A DNA stretch of 64,000 nt from Octopus bimaculoides (taxonomy: Eukaryota). The notes beneath the pieces were generated by a model. It searched no databases, was not told where the DNA came from, and worked only from the letters and a program-made list of their open reading frames with translations. Location: positions 127,411,675-127,475,674 of the forward strand of contig NC_068985.1 of NCBI RefSeq assembly GCF_001194135.2, read 5' to 3'. Within the stretch, counting starts at the first letter, position 1, and each line of letters opens with the position of its first letter. A program made the translations under genes and the position numbers. Of the stretch, positions 24,818 to 38,567 are shown one piece after another.

Positions 24818-25719
24818 TGAGGAGGTACCCAAAAGTAACCAGAAATGTTCTCTGCGGGACAATCCCTTTGTAGCTCAGGCTTCTGCCACTAGAAGCCACT
24901 TGATGCAGCTCTCAGGCATTAGCCTGCTGACTGGTCTCTTCAAATGAAGTCATCTTGCCACATGGTGGTGTCTTTGTTTTGCAGTGCTTCTCTCGTTCGT
25001 TGATTTTTCCAATGGTTGAAGCAAAAGGACTGTATGCTTCCATGAAATTCTGTTTTCTGCTGGGGAAAATGGCGACTGAAACAGTTGTCATGCTTCAAAC
25101 TGCTTACAAGGATGCTACCATGAACAAAACACAAGTTTACAGGTGGCTTCCATGCTTTAGAAATGGTCACTTGCTGCTTCAAGACCAATCTCATTCAGGG
25201 TGACTGTCAACCACCCAATCGAACAAAAACTCATGACCTAGTCTTGGAGGACCATTGCCAAATAATTGATGAACTTGTTGATATGACTGGTGTGTCCTGA
25301 AGCTTCTGCCAATGAATTTTGCACAAGGAACTGCGAATAAAAAGAGTTGCAGCAAAATTTGCACCTCGTTTGCTCATGGAAGATCAAAAGGAATCCTGAC
25401 TGAATGTGTATCGTGAATGGAAAGAACAGCTGACAGTTGATCTGCACCTTTTTTTCAAAGGTCATCACTGGTGATGAAGGGAAAGAAGTCCTTAAAGGAA
25501 AATGTTTTGCAGACGTGGAAGAGAAGAAAAAACAGCCGAGGCATTAAAAGGCATCACTTCACAAGAGTTCCAGGACTGCTTCGAACGGTGGAAAATGTGT
25601 CTGAACCAATGCATTGCTTCAGATGGAGAATACTTTGAAGACAATAAAAGTGTAAACACGTAAAGCTAAGAGAATAAAATAATATTGGAAAATACCAGAT
25701 TCTTACGGGTACCCTCTCA
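24818..25719 (+). mobile_element. Internally deleted mariner (902 bp) with both TIRs and TA TSDs
   Basis: TA|TGAGGAGGTACCCAAAAG ... CTTACGGGTACCCTCTCA|TA. Transposase remnants KFCFLLGK...VMLQTAYKD...QVYRW, ...KVITGDE are joined directly to LKGKCFADVEE...FERW. Confidence 0.88.
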
Positions 25720-26712
25720 TATGCATGTGTGTGTGTGTGTATATATGTATATGTATACATTATATATATACAGTCACATGCACACACACATACATAATAT
25801 GCACATATATGAGCACATAGGTAAAAAACAAGGTGGAGAAAATAGGACTCGAATAGCAAAGGTAGGGTAAAATATAGTGTTTAAGATAGACTAAAGCAGA
25901 GTGAAGCTGAAAAATTTCACATTCTGTTACTCTGAGTTTCATGTAATTGATCACCAGACAGAAGTGGATTTTTTTTTGAAACAATGGTCTATAGATAGCT
26001 TATAAACAGTGCAGTAATAATCATTTGGTAATTCATCAAATAAATATTTGAAGCTAATTGGATAGGTTATAACTTTTCATATGTAATGGAACTTGTAGGA
26101 TATCCTTGCTTTTATCTTTTACTTTTTTGAGTCATTAGACTGTGGCCATACTGAGGCAATGGTTTGAAGAATTTTAGTCAAATGAGTTAGCCCCAGTACT
26201 TGTTTCTTCTTTTTTTTTTTTTTTTTCAAGTATTGGTACTCATTTTATCATTCTCTTTTACCAAACTGCTAAGTTATGGGTACATAAACACACCACCATC
26301 AGTTGCCAAGTGATGGTATGGAATAAACACAAAGACATGAAGACACACACACACATCTATAAAGACGCTTGCCCAAGGTGCCATGCAACAGGACTGAATC
26401 TGGAATCATGAGGTTGAGAAGCAAGCTTCTTACCACACAGCCATACCTGCTCCGATAAATTTGATAAAAATCAATGATTGACTTCTATCTCTTATCTTTT
26501 ACTTGTTTCACTCATCAAACTGTGGCCATGCTGGGGCAGCACTTTGAAGAATTTTTAGTTGAATGAATCGACCCCAGTACATTTTTTTTAAAGCCTGGTA
26601 TTTATTCTAATGATCTCCCCTTGCTAAATGGCTAAGTTACGGGTATGTGACTACACCAACACCAGTTATGAAGTGGTGTGCATATGTATCTGACAAACAG
26701 ATACACACACAC

Positions 26713-26757
<45 letters not shown>

Positions 26758-28727
26758 TACAACAGGCTTCTTTCAGTTTCCATCTACCAAATCCACTCAC
26801 AAGGCTTTGGTTGGCTGGCCCAAGGCTATAGTATAAAACACTTGCCCAAGGTGACACACAATGGAACTGAACCCAGAGCTATGTGGTTAGGAAGCAAGCT
26901 TCTTACCACACAGCCATACCAATATATTCTATCAGGATCTTTTGCCAAATCAGTTAGTTATGGGGAGTTAAACAAATCAAAATGGTTGTCAAGTGGTTGG
27001 GGAGAGGGGATTGAAAAAAAAAAAAGCAAACACATATATGACAGGCTTTTAATCAGTGTCTATCTACTGATTGAAACTGATTTCAATCAGTAGATAGTGT
27101 AATTTACTAAACTAAATAATTCTATGTATGATGTCTTCAATAATCTTTATTATAGGGAAAACATATATAAGTGAAATAATCAGTACTTTTTCTTCTTGAG
27201 TTAGTACTCAGCAATATCCATCAATGGGGTAAGATTAGGCTTAATACTTCAGGAAAACATCAAGATGAATGATATCTATACCCTCTCCATGTAACAAAGT
27301 GAGGTGAGAGAGATCAAGCAAATTTACAGAATGACCAATTCACTCAGATGTTACCTTTTTATGTTCTTAAAACTTTAATCAATTACAGTGTAACGAAATC
27401 TTTATTCTTTTTTTTTGTTTTTGGTCTGTAAGTGTTATTTTCTATTTACTTCTATCTTGAAATCAAAGGAAATGAATACTATTTCCTTCAAATTTTGATT
27501 CGTGACCTGAACATCAATGTTTTGAAACTGACCTATTTTCCATTATATTTCAGACTGATTCAATCCTGAGTTGCTGAAGCAGAATTTTCTAGAACTTTCA
27601 AGAAGACTCAAGAATTTCTAGAATGTTCTGGCAACATAGATGGCAATATAAATACAGAGATAAGTAGAGACCTCAGCACAAATTTAGCAGGAATTTGAAG
27701 AGGATGATGTGGAATGTGTTTACTGAGCAAATGAGTAAAGCATGTAAGATTTGTAAACCACAATGTCCATTCAAATATTTATAACATTTTAAGATCAAAT
27801 TCTACTTGTAACTCCTAATTAAATCTTGATTATATATCATTTCATCAAGTTAAAACAAAAGCTTATCTTCCAGACTCTTCCAGCATCCAGAGCTGTTTGA
27901 TATCTTTACATTTTTGTATCACTAAGATAATTTATCAATAGATTAATAAACTAATGATTGATCTATAAACTTTTATCTTTTGCTTGCAACACTCTACAAA
28001 TTTATATGGGAAAACGAACAATATTGTATGATCTTCACACCTACTGAATTATTTAATTATTTTCAGTTAAGACATTGAAACCATGTCATAACTACAGCTT
28101 GCACAAATTTTACTTCTTGATCTAAAGAAAAGCTTTTCATAGGAAAAAGGCAGGCTCCTCTATAGTGGGAGACTGTGAGAACTGAAAAGGTGATATACAA
28201 ATTGCCATGTTTAATAAAATTATGAGGTTTTAAACATCTTTAACTTGTCCAACAACATGGAAAAGAATGAAGAAATATATGGACACATGCTCTTCTCACT
28301 AATAAAGAGTTGGGAACAAAAAATTTATTTAATATTTCTTTGATGGTTGTGGACCTGGTATTTGTCAGTAAAAATCACCGATCTAAAGTACATTCCTCTG
28401 TAAAATAATACTGATTTCTTTTTGGATGTCATTTCTGTAGTGGGATGGAATGGGATGCTGTAGATTGACTCAATACCAATATATTGTTAATAATTAATTT
28501 AATGCCCTTCCCCCTCCTTCTGATATTGGAGGAAGGAAGGGCATTAAATTTAACCCAGAGTAAAACCAAATACTGCAAGCTGTTTAGTTTGGTACTCTAC
28601 CATTTATGCAACATGTTAACTTTCATAAATAACAGAAAATAAAAGCAAATGAAGAAGTTCATTCTCAAAATAATTTTTATATTATTTAACGTCTTGTACT
28701 AGAAAAAATACCATTTACTAATATTTT

Positions 28728-29425
28728 TCATATCTTTGTCATGAAAGACTTCAAAAGAGTGTCAGCAGCAAACCCGGGATTAATAATCCGATGAGACACT
28801 TTTTGTTCTAATTCAGGAAGTTGCTCCTTCACATGTGGATGATTTTTGAATATATCTAGAATCTTACTCTGGATGTAGTTCCACATCCATATTTTATGCT
28901 GTGCATCTCGCTTTTGTAACAGCTCTCCATTCTCTGAAAGTTTATTTCTAAAATCAGTCATATGTGACCAAAGTTCTTTTATTCCTTGTTTCTGAATAGA
29001 AGAAATTCGCAATACTGTTGGAGTCCACACTGAACTTTTCCTCTGTAAATATTTCAGTGCACTTAAATATTCTCCTTGAATCCTTCTGGCAGCAGGTGCA
29101 AGATCGCCATCAGATTTATTTATTACAACAATATCAGCTACTTCAATAATTCCCTTTTTGATTCCCTGTAATTCGTCACCACTAGCTGGAGGAATTACTA
29201 AACAAAACATATCCACCATATCAGACACCATAAATTCAGACTGACCCACACCAATTGTTTCAATAAGGATTATGTTGTAGCCAGCACTTTCACAGAGCAG
29301 GACAGCTTCATTTGTTGTTCTTGTTACACCACCTAGGTTTCCTTTAGCAGGGGATGGTCTGATGTATGCATTTTCATCTACTGAAAGCATTGGCATACGA
29401 GTCTTATCACCAAGTAAAGAACCAC
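28728..29425 (-). CDS. MMAA: MMAA coding exon 2 to stop
   Basis: tttatag acceptor at 29426. Phase 1 join gives [56 protein letters not shown]...[24 protein letters not shown], with TGA at 28728-28730. Confidence 0.96.
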
Positions 29426-30199
29426 CTATAAATTAAAGAGAAAGAGAGACCAAAATTAATAATTATATAAACATATTAACATTCTGAATACATTAACAAA
29501 TGATTGTCAAGCCAAGTGAAATCATGGTTGTGGTCATTGCCAGTGTCATGTAAATGGTACCCATGCTGACAGCACATAAAAAGCACCCATTACTCTCTTG
29601 GAGTGGCTGATGTTAGGAAGGACATCCAGCGGTAAAAACCATGCCAAATCAGACTGGAACCTGGTGCAGATCTCTGGCTTACCAGTTCCAGTCAAACCAT
29701 CTAACCCATGCCAGCATGGAAAGCAGGCATTAAATGATGATGATCATCATCATCAGGATAGTAATTGTGATACTTAAGTACTTATTTACTTTCTTACTTT
29801 AACCATTTGCTCCATATGGAGCCCATCAACAATTTTTTCCTGTTTTCAATTCTGGGCTGTCTTTTCTGCTTCTCTGTTGGACTCCTGCCTGTTCAGCCCT
29901 GCCCCAGTATCCTACCTCCATCTATTTTTAGGGCATCCTCTCTTCCACATCCCTTGTGGGCATATATTTTCCTGAGAGAAGATTTTCCTCTACCAGGTCT
30001 TGTCAGCAACTCTGTTTTTTTTCCAGGTTTGCTCTATGCAAACCTATTTTTCTCTCTGGGAAGGGGTGGTCCACATTAGTGTGACCTCTATCTTTTCATC
30101 TGTCCAACAAAGGAGGTCTACAAGGAGCTTGTGCTCCACTGGCATAGCTCTCAGGTCATTGAGACACACAAGTCACAGCACTGCAACAAGGACTGCACT

Positions 30200-31040
30200 T
30201 TGTGATGGCACATAAAATACACCATTTTTTAGCATGACCGTTGCCAGTACCGCCTGACTGGCCTTCATAGGATTTTCGAGCGAGATCGTTGCCAGTGCCC
30301 CTGGACTGGCTCTTGTGCAGGTGGCACATAAAATACACCATCTTGAGTGTGGCCGTTGCCAGTACCGCCTGACTGGCCTTCATGCCGATGGCATGTAAAA
30401 GCACCCACTACACTCTCTGAGTGGTTGGCGTTTAGGAAGGGCATCCAGCTGTAGATACTCTGTCAAATGCTGTGCGTGAGAAAACCCAGCAAGCCAAGTG
30501 AGATCTAAATCTAAGGCCTCAGCCAGTCCACTTAGGCGTACCTTCCTTCATTGGACACTAAACTCTACTTGTGAAGACCTGCTGAGGCAAGTGAAATCGA
30601 AATAGAGTTAAATTGGACACAAAACTCAGCTTGCGAAGACTTATTGGAGCAAGCGAAAGCGAAAGCGAATTTGTGATGGCACCTGTGCCCAGCATCGCCT
30701 TTCTGGCACTTGTGCCTGCGGCATGTCTAAGGACTTTCGAGCGAGATCGTTGCCAGTGCCCCTGGACTGGCTCTTGTGTGGATGGCACATAAAATACACC
30801 ATTTTGAGCGTGGCCATTGCCAGTACCACCAGACTGGCCTTCGTGCGGGTGATACGTAAAAGCACTCACTACACTCTGAGTGGTTGGCATTAGGAAGGGC
30901 ATCCAGCCGTAGAAACTCTGCCAAATCAGATTGGAGCCTGGTGTAGCCATCTGGTTTCACCAGTCCTCTGTCAAATCGTCCAACCCATGCTAGCATGGAA
31001 AGCGGATGTTAAACGACGACGATGATGATGATGATGATAC
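30200..31040 (+). mobile_element. Two tandem 5'-truncated RTE-LINE 3' ends
   Basis: The second copy starts near 30466 with the last RT codons (AVREKTQQAK*) also seen at 60281-60315, then the 3'UTR and (GAC)(GAT)n tail. Confidence 0.85.
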
Positions 31041-31479
31041 TTAAGTAGTACGGCTGATGCTCCCAAATACACATATTGCAGTCTTTTCATTATCATATTG
31101 TTTTTACTTCTGCTTTTTTCAGGCTTGCATGGGTTAGACAAAACTTTTTGATGCTCTTCCTGAAGCCAGCCTATGATTTCAATTAAGCTAATTTATTTCA
31201 CACCTTCACGCCTTGAACCAACAAATTGCAGGACAGTGTTGCCCAGGTGGTGTACATATGAAGATCAGTGAAGACTAAAACACACACACTCACATATACA
31301 TACAATATAGGCTTTCATGCAGTTTCTGTTTAAGTCAACCTTAGTCTATAATTGAAGGCACTTGTCCAAGATGCTACACAATGGGATCAAACCTCAAACC
31401 ACATGCTTGCAAAAACTACTACTACTACACACACACAAGCTGAACCCAACCATGATTTCATAATTCATTCTGGACTGCC

Positions 31480-33000
31480 GGATAGTCAGAGAGGATTGAG
31501 ATGTTGTGGGAGAGAAGTGTGTATGAATGGGGAATGACATGCTTGTGCTTAGTGATTCTGAAAAGAAAAGGGCATGGAAGAACTACTATGAAAGGCTATT
31601 AAATATGGAAAAGGAATGGGAGAAAGAAAGTCTCCCACATATGAACCGACAGAGGCACCAGCTATCCTAGTTGACACAGTAAGGCAATTAAAGATATGAA
31701 AACCGAGAAAGCCCCTGGTCCATCAGAAATCACTGCTGAGATGCTTAAAATATCCGGTGGAGTAGGATATGGTCTAGTCACCTGTATAGTTAATCAGGTT
31801 GTTTAGCAAGGCATAATTCCCAGTGACTAATGTAGCAGCATTAGCTACTACAAGAGTAAAGAAGATGCCTCAGATAGAAGGAATTATAGAGGCATCAAAC
31901 TGCTGGACCAGTTGATGAAAGTTACAGAGAGTTATAACCCAATTAACTGGGAAAAGAATTAGATTAGATGAAATGTGGTTTGGCTTTGTCCAAAGGAAAA
32001 GCACTTCTGATGCTATATTTACTGTCAGGCAACTTCAGGAGAAGTATTTAACTAAGAATAAGCCATTGTACTTGGCATTTATTTATCTGGAGAAAGCCTT
32101 CGACAGAGTACCTTGCTCTGTGATGTGATGCTCTCTGAGAAAGCTAAGGGTAGATGAATGGATTGTGAAAGCAGTACAAGCTGTGTACAAAGGTGCTGTT
32201 AGTAAGGTAAGAACAAGCCATGAGTACAATGATGAATTTAGCGGGAAGGTAGGTGTTCACCAAAGCTACAGTCCCTCAATACTAGTTTCCACTCCCAGTT
32301 GAGGAGTTCTTGTCTTTCAAGTTACCTGGTGATCCTGTCAGTGCTGGTGCCAAGTAAAAAGCACTGGTGCTGGTTCTGCATAAAAAGCACTCAGTTTTTA
32401 AAGTGATTGGCATTAGGAAGGGCACCCAGCTGTAGAAACCATGCCAAAAAAGACTATGGAATTTGGTGCAGCTCATGGCCTAGCCAACTCCAGTCAAACT
32501 GTCCAATCCATGCCAGTATGGAAAACGGACATTAAATGATGATGATGATGGTGATTTACAAATTTTGCTTAAATCAGTATTTGAACAGTAAGAATAGTGA
32601 AGCAGTGAAGTCTTTCAATTGTCCAGAAGGCTTCCAAGATGTAGTTGATAGCTTCTGTTACTTAGCAAAAGCAAGTTCAGAGTGGAGGTGGAAATCACAA
32701 TAGCATAGTAATAAGAATAAGGATGGAGGGAGGGAAAGCAATTCAGTGAGCTACCACTTCTGTTGGCAACAAAGGTAAGTTTTCTATGATGCCTGCTCGA
32801 GTATAAAATGCAATATTACATGGAAACGGGGCATAGGCACTGAATGTGAAGGATGTGTGAAGGTTAGAAAGAAATGATAGATGAAGAAGAGGAGGAGTGT
32901 GTAAAGAGGGAAGACTGCGCTGGTTATGGAAATGTGGTGCATGTGAAGAATGTTAGTTGGGCATATAAAATGCCAAATGATGCAAGTAGAAAGTGCTTGA
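31480..33000 (+). mobile_element. Decayed RTE-clade LINE reverse transcriptase, interrupted by a short repeat at about 32285-32555
   Basis: AWKNYYERLLN...KAPGPSEITAEMLK...NYRGIKLLDQLMK...STSDAIFTVRQLQEKYL...LEKAFDRVP, with stops and frameshifts. It lies in the MMAA intron, antisense to MMAA. Confidence 0.9.
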
Positions 33001-35926
33001 GAAGAACAAGGTTGAAGAACTGATAAAGTCTAACCTCATGGTATCAACTCTTACAAAGGGGAGGATAAAAGACAGCAACAAGTGATGAGATGTAAACAAA
33101 CTTATCTCATTCAAAACAGCAGAATAAAAGAAAGCAAAGGGGATCAACAAAAAACTGTCTGTCAGAGACCTCAATTCTTTTGTAGTTCTATTGTTTCAGC
33201 AAATTGTTTGACTTCAACAAAAATCTACACTTATGAAAAAGTTGTCAAAATTACATTGTGAAAAAATCAAACATATAGACAAATAAAAAAAAATACATAT
33301 ATTACCTCACAATCATGCAGACGAAGGTAAAGTGCAATGATAGGATGGTTTTAACAACCACCTATCAAACAATGATACCACATTCTAGCAAGTGCTTGAC
33401 ACAAATAACTATACACAAAACCCACCTTATCAACAAGTTGTCAACCTAGAAGTAGATATCTAAAAAGGGTGAAGCGGAGTTTCAGATCGAGTGCCCTATT
33501 AATACCCAATGAAAATGAAACAAAAATTGAAAAACTTTCTTATGGGGTATAGGGTTCACAATCCGAATTATTTCCAAAAAGAGAAAAAAAAAAAGATGGT
33601 CACAGCTTTGCTTAAATGCTTTTGACTATAGGTCTACTACGTCAGCTGTGAATTAGGATAAAATTATACCACTCATACGATACTTGATGAATCAAATCAA
33701 GTAATTACGAAAGAAATTTCCTAACAGTGAATAATTTTTTTCTTTTATCCAAAACATGCTTTCATTTTGTTTACTATGTTTTCCAGTTATATAAACTAGG
33801 TCGTTGTTTGTCGCTACGCTGCCGGTAAAAATATTTGTTAAGCATGTATGTACCTTAATAAATTCTCAAAATGGGAGTCTTTTTTAAAGTTTGTGCTGCG
33901 TTGTCGATATGTTGAAACAAACACACAACCCACGCACCCAAAGTAATAACTATTGCTTGTACTAACGAAAGTTAAATAAGAAATGAAACAAATTTCTTCC
34001 AAAATTAAAGCAGTTAATTTTAGTTAATGGACTTCGTCTCAGATCAGAATGACTGCCGAACTAGATGTAAGAAAAAGTCTTAAAATAAATAAATAAAATG
34101 AAAGGGTTAGGGTGGGAATGCCGTTGAGTTGTAGATCTACTCCATTGGCGCTGCCCTAAAATAAATAACAACGTAGTTTATGGTACTGTTTAATGATGTT
34201 AAACTATATTTAACACGACTATTTTTCATGTCACTGATTAAGTATTAAAGAGATATATATAGGTTAGCTTGCACTTTCAAATGTGTATTTCGGTTCGCTG
34301 ACATAATTTCTCTCACCTCCCTACGTTCAAAATAGACCTTGTTATTTATACTCGTGCCTCACTTTAATTTAAGGATCGATGTCATAATAAATTTCAGGCA
34401 TCTTACACGTTTATTTATAATATTCAACTTTTACGCATACTGTTACTGGTTAACTATAGCCAAACTCTGAACGAGTTACTGCCACGTTCGATCGGCCGTC
34501 TTAAGGTATCAGCACATGGAGCAGTGGTCCCGGAGTCACAGTGCTAACCTGGGTATGCTGTGACCTGCTGTCAAGTAAATATTATAGAAGATCCCTCTCC
34601 CATTGTTTAATCCTGGGCCCATGATGCTGTTACAACGGCCTTACCTCTTTTCTTCTTTCTTAGTCCATCCATGACTAAGTTATCTAAGGTCTCCTTTTTG
34701 GGGTGCTTAACCCAGAATTGTGCCTAAGTGTGATTTAAGAGAGATTAAGCTGTTATTTCTTGCAGGTATAATAATTGCGTAGCGTTGAAAGCTTTATCGT
34801 TATTGTTTATTTATAACCTAAGGGTAACCGATTGAACTAATCTGTGAATTAAGCCATTCCGGTGATGGTCATCCTATCTCTTAGTGGTATGTAGGACTAC
34901 AATCTAGTAAGGTAGAAGTGGTTTGGTTACGAATACTCTCTAACTTCTGTCGATGATATGTCGATGATATACATACATACATATATGTGTAAAAAAATTT
35001 CATCACGCAATCGAACCAATGAAAGAGCCTCTACCTGGTCGCTCGACACGCTAAAAATAGCAGCCAAAGAATCCCCCTACCTAAATCAGATGCCCATTGT
35101 ATGTAATGTCCAAGATTATCCCTAAAAAGACGGTTTGCTGAAGGCTGGAATGTCTTTAGTGATAGGTTTGCTGTATCAGGGTTGATTTAAGGCTAAATAA
35201 CAACAAAATTATTATTGAGACAGACCAACGACGGAGCTTGTATGTGGTTGCATGACCTGCTAGAAAAAGTAGCCAAACTTTTCTTTTTATATACAGAATA
35301 GAAAAACCTCTCTCCTGTGATATACACATAGAGTCCATTATGTCTGGGAAGAAAGACGGAATGGTCACAGTTGGGACGTTTTTTACGTATCTGTTCAATC
35401 AGATCCAACTCGGGACTAAACAAGTGACGGAAGGAACAAGACGAGGCAATGAGAAAGCCTTTACCTGGTCACTCGAGTTGCTAGAAAGTGCAACCAAATC
35501 TTCCTGAAAAAAAGAAAAATGAAATTTCCGTCTTCAAGAAAAAAAAAAAAAATTCACATTTATATTATTTTATAATGTTTGCTTAGGAATTCATTACTTC
35601 TAAAAAAGAATAAGACAAAATGGTCATGGCTGGAACGCCTTTTCTCACAGATCCATTACAATCAGAGCTAACCTGTTTTTAAAACAATATTCTTCACTGA
35701 ATGATGAAGCATCTAAAATTAAAGAAAAGTTGAAAGAATAAAAGATAGCAAGTATCCATATTCCAAATATAGGGATTCCCTTGACTGGTGTAATTTATTC
35801 AGATTTTCATATGAAATAAATAGAAAATGCTATGGGAACTCAGTACATATTATGGCTAATATCCAGTGTTGTACGAGAGTACTTTCACGGACCTTACAGA
35901 TTTTTTAATTATTATTTTTTTTTTTT

Positions 35927-36586
35927 GGATCTTTATGATTTGACGGGCAACATTTTTTATGTAGTGTTTTTGGTACCGAAACACTTTCAAACTTCGAATA
36001 CTTGTATATTTTGGGATCTTTTTTAAAACGGGGGCCACATTTTTCATTAATGTTTTATGTAGTGTTTTTGGTACGGAAAGACTTTCAAACTTCGTATACT
36101 TATCTATTTTGTGTTATAGAACAGAAAAATATTTTTGTATTCGAATTTATTTCATGTAAAAAATTGTCTTATTTCGANNNNNNNNNNTTTTTTCATTTTC
36201 TTTTTTTTTTCTTCGTTTTATTTGCTTTTTTCTTTTTAAATTTGCTGTTTTACCCTAACCCTAACCCTATCACCGATAGAATTGTTTCAGAATCGTTTGT
36301 TTATGTAGTCGGCACTTAATGTATATCGGCTGAATGGACGTCAGTGATTGGTTGAAATTACAGAAATACGACAACTTTAACATGGAATAACTTAGGGATT
36401 TCTTTTTTTTTAAAGAAGACTAAGAGAAAAAGATGTTTTATATGACACATTCTACCAGTGTTCCAAGTTTCAAAGTGTTTCGTTAATGAAAAATGTGGCC
36501 CCCGTTTTAAAAAAGATCCATGAGGTGAAAACAATTACGCCGTGGAATGTAAACAGCAGTGTTTGTCCGTCAAATCATAAAGATCC
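35927..36586. mobile_element. Nested GGATC-ended TIR elements (inner 36014-36519) containing CCCTAA repeats
   Basis: Outer TIR GGATCTTTATGATTTGACGG / CCGTCAAATCATAAAGATCC. Inner TIR GGATCTTTTTTAAAACGGGGGCCACATTTTTCATTAA and its reverse complement. T-runs flank the outer element. Confidence 0.75.
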
Positions 36587-38567
36587 TTTTTTTTTAACTA
36601 AACAGTTTGAAACTTTGGATGCTGGTTGAATGTGTCAGATGTTTTTCTATTCTGTATATAAAAAAAGTTTGGCTACTTTTTGTAGCAGGTCATGCAACAA
36701 CATACAGGCTCCATTGTTGGTGTCTCAGTAATAATTTTGTTGTTATTTAGCCTCAAATCAACCCTAATACAACAAACCTATCATCAACGACATTCCCGCC
36801 TTCAGCAAACCGCCTTCTTAGGGATAATCTTGGACATTACATACAATGGGCGTGTGATTTAGATAGGGGGATACTTTGGCTGCTATTTTTAGCTTGTCGA
36901 GCGACCAGGTAGAGGCTCTTTCATTAGTTCGATTGTGTGATGAGATTTTTTTACACATATATGTATGTATATGTATCATCGACAGAAGTTAGAGAGTAAG
37001 TCAAAAGGTGAGAGTTTCGTGTATTGGCACTTATCAAACACGAATATGGCCATTGTCACTCTGTAACTTCTGCCTATTATTAACGTGTGTGTGTGTGTGT
37101 GTATCATCATCATCATCATCATCATCGTTTAACGNNNNNNNNNNNNNNNNNNNNNNNNNNNNNNNNNNNNNNNNNNNNNNNNNNNNNNNNNNNNNNNNNN
37201 NNNNNNNNNNNNNNNNNNNNNNNNNNNNNNNNNNTGGACACATTCTCATATATGTTTCTATAAAAACATCTCTGGTTATTAAAGAAAGGTTTTGTTAGGG
37301 GAGATTTTTAGTTTAAATTTTTCTGTTGTCGAAGACTCATTGTTTTGTCAATGGACCCGGAAGTTGTTGTTCGCAAACAGCAGCAATTTTCTTCAGCTGA
37401 ATACACGTCATTGATTAGTTAAAATTACCCAAATACAACAACTTTAACACGAAATAACTTCAAAAACATTAAGTGTAAGCCCTGTTCTACATGACACATT
37501 CTACCAGTATCCGAAGTTTCAAAGTGTTTAGTTTTAAAGAATTAATTAAAAACTCTGTAAGTCAAATTGAATAGATCCCTAACCAGTGTGCGCAGTAAAA
37601 AATCTGATTAAAAACAATCAAGAATTTACAAACGATATTGTCGGGCCCCGCATATCATATCTGACTGGTAAAAGTAAGTTACCCCCCTTGTATCGTCCGA
37701 CATGTTTGTTTATATTCTCGAGTGCCCGTTTTCAGTTAGTTTTATTTTTTAGTATAAAATATTTTAAAATAGATGAATCTTCTTAATTTTTTGCATACTT
37801 CATTTATTTTGGATATATTTCCCATTTTCATAATTTAAAAAAAAATTAGGCGTCATTTTCTTGGAGAGGTGCGTTTCTAAAGAACCGCCAAAGAGGGCGA
37901 AATGTTATTATAAGGGAAGATTTGGTTGTTATTTTCTAAATTACTGGATTAAACTCATAGGTAAATGCAAACACAACACTATACAAACCTACATTAAATT
38001 TTCTTACGAAAGAAACAATATACTCCGAACATATTTCATCTAATCAACATAATAGTGATTGCACCTGATTTTTGTTTCGTTGCCAATACAAAAATATGGA
38101 GAAAAAGGTGGCGTTGACCTCTTGTCCTAGGGAGAACCAGGAGGAGGTGGGGGATTGAAATATTGAAGTTTCGATTTTTGAAAATTTTTTTTTCAGAATC
38201 GGTATCTCCATAGCCTAAGACATGGGATTCCGTTACAAAAAAATAATTAAAGTGGGGAAGGGTTCTGTTTACATCTCCGCCATGTGAGCCACCGATAATT
38301 TTTACATATATATAGAAGCGTTTCGATATAAGCATATGACGAGTCATGGGTGTGTTTGCTCTGTCCAGTATAAATATTCTAACTCATGACGAAATCATAT
38401 ATGATTTATACCGTTAAATATTTCATTTTAACTTTACAGCTGTAATATGAGAGATCGTCGACGTTACCATGCTTCTATAAATTAGGTTTCTGGTTCAATT
38501 CATACCGCTGAAATACAAAATAATCCACTTAGAAAAAAAAAAAGAAAAAAAAATGTCTCACATTTAC

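Noticed and set aside
34480-34720. GC-richer island in the MMAA intron resembling an ncRNA or exon
   Set aside because: No known ncRNA motif. It has faint similarity to a decayed LINE 3' end, too weak to call.
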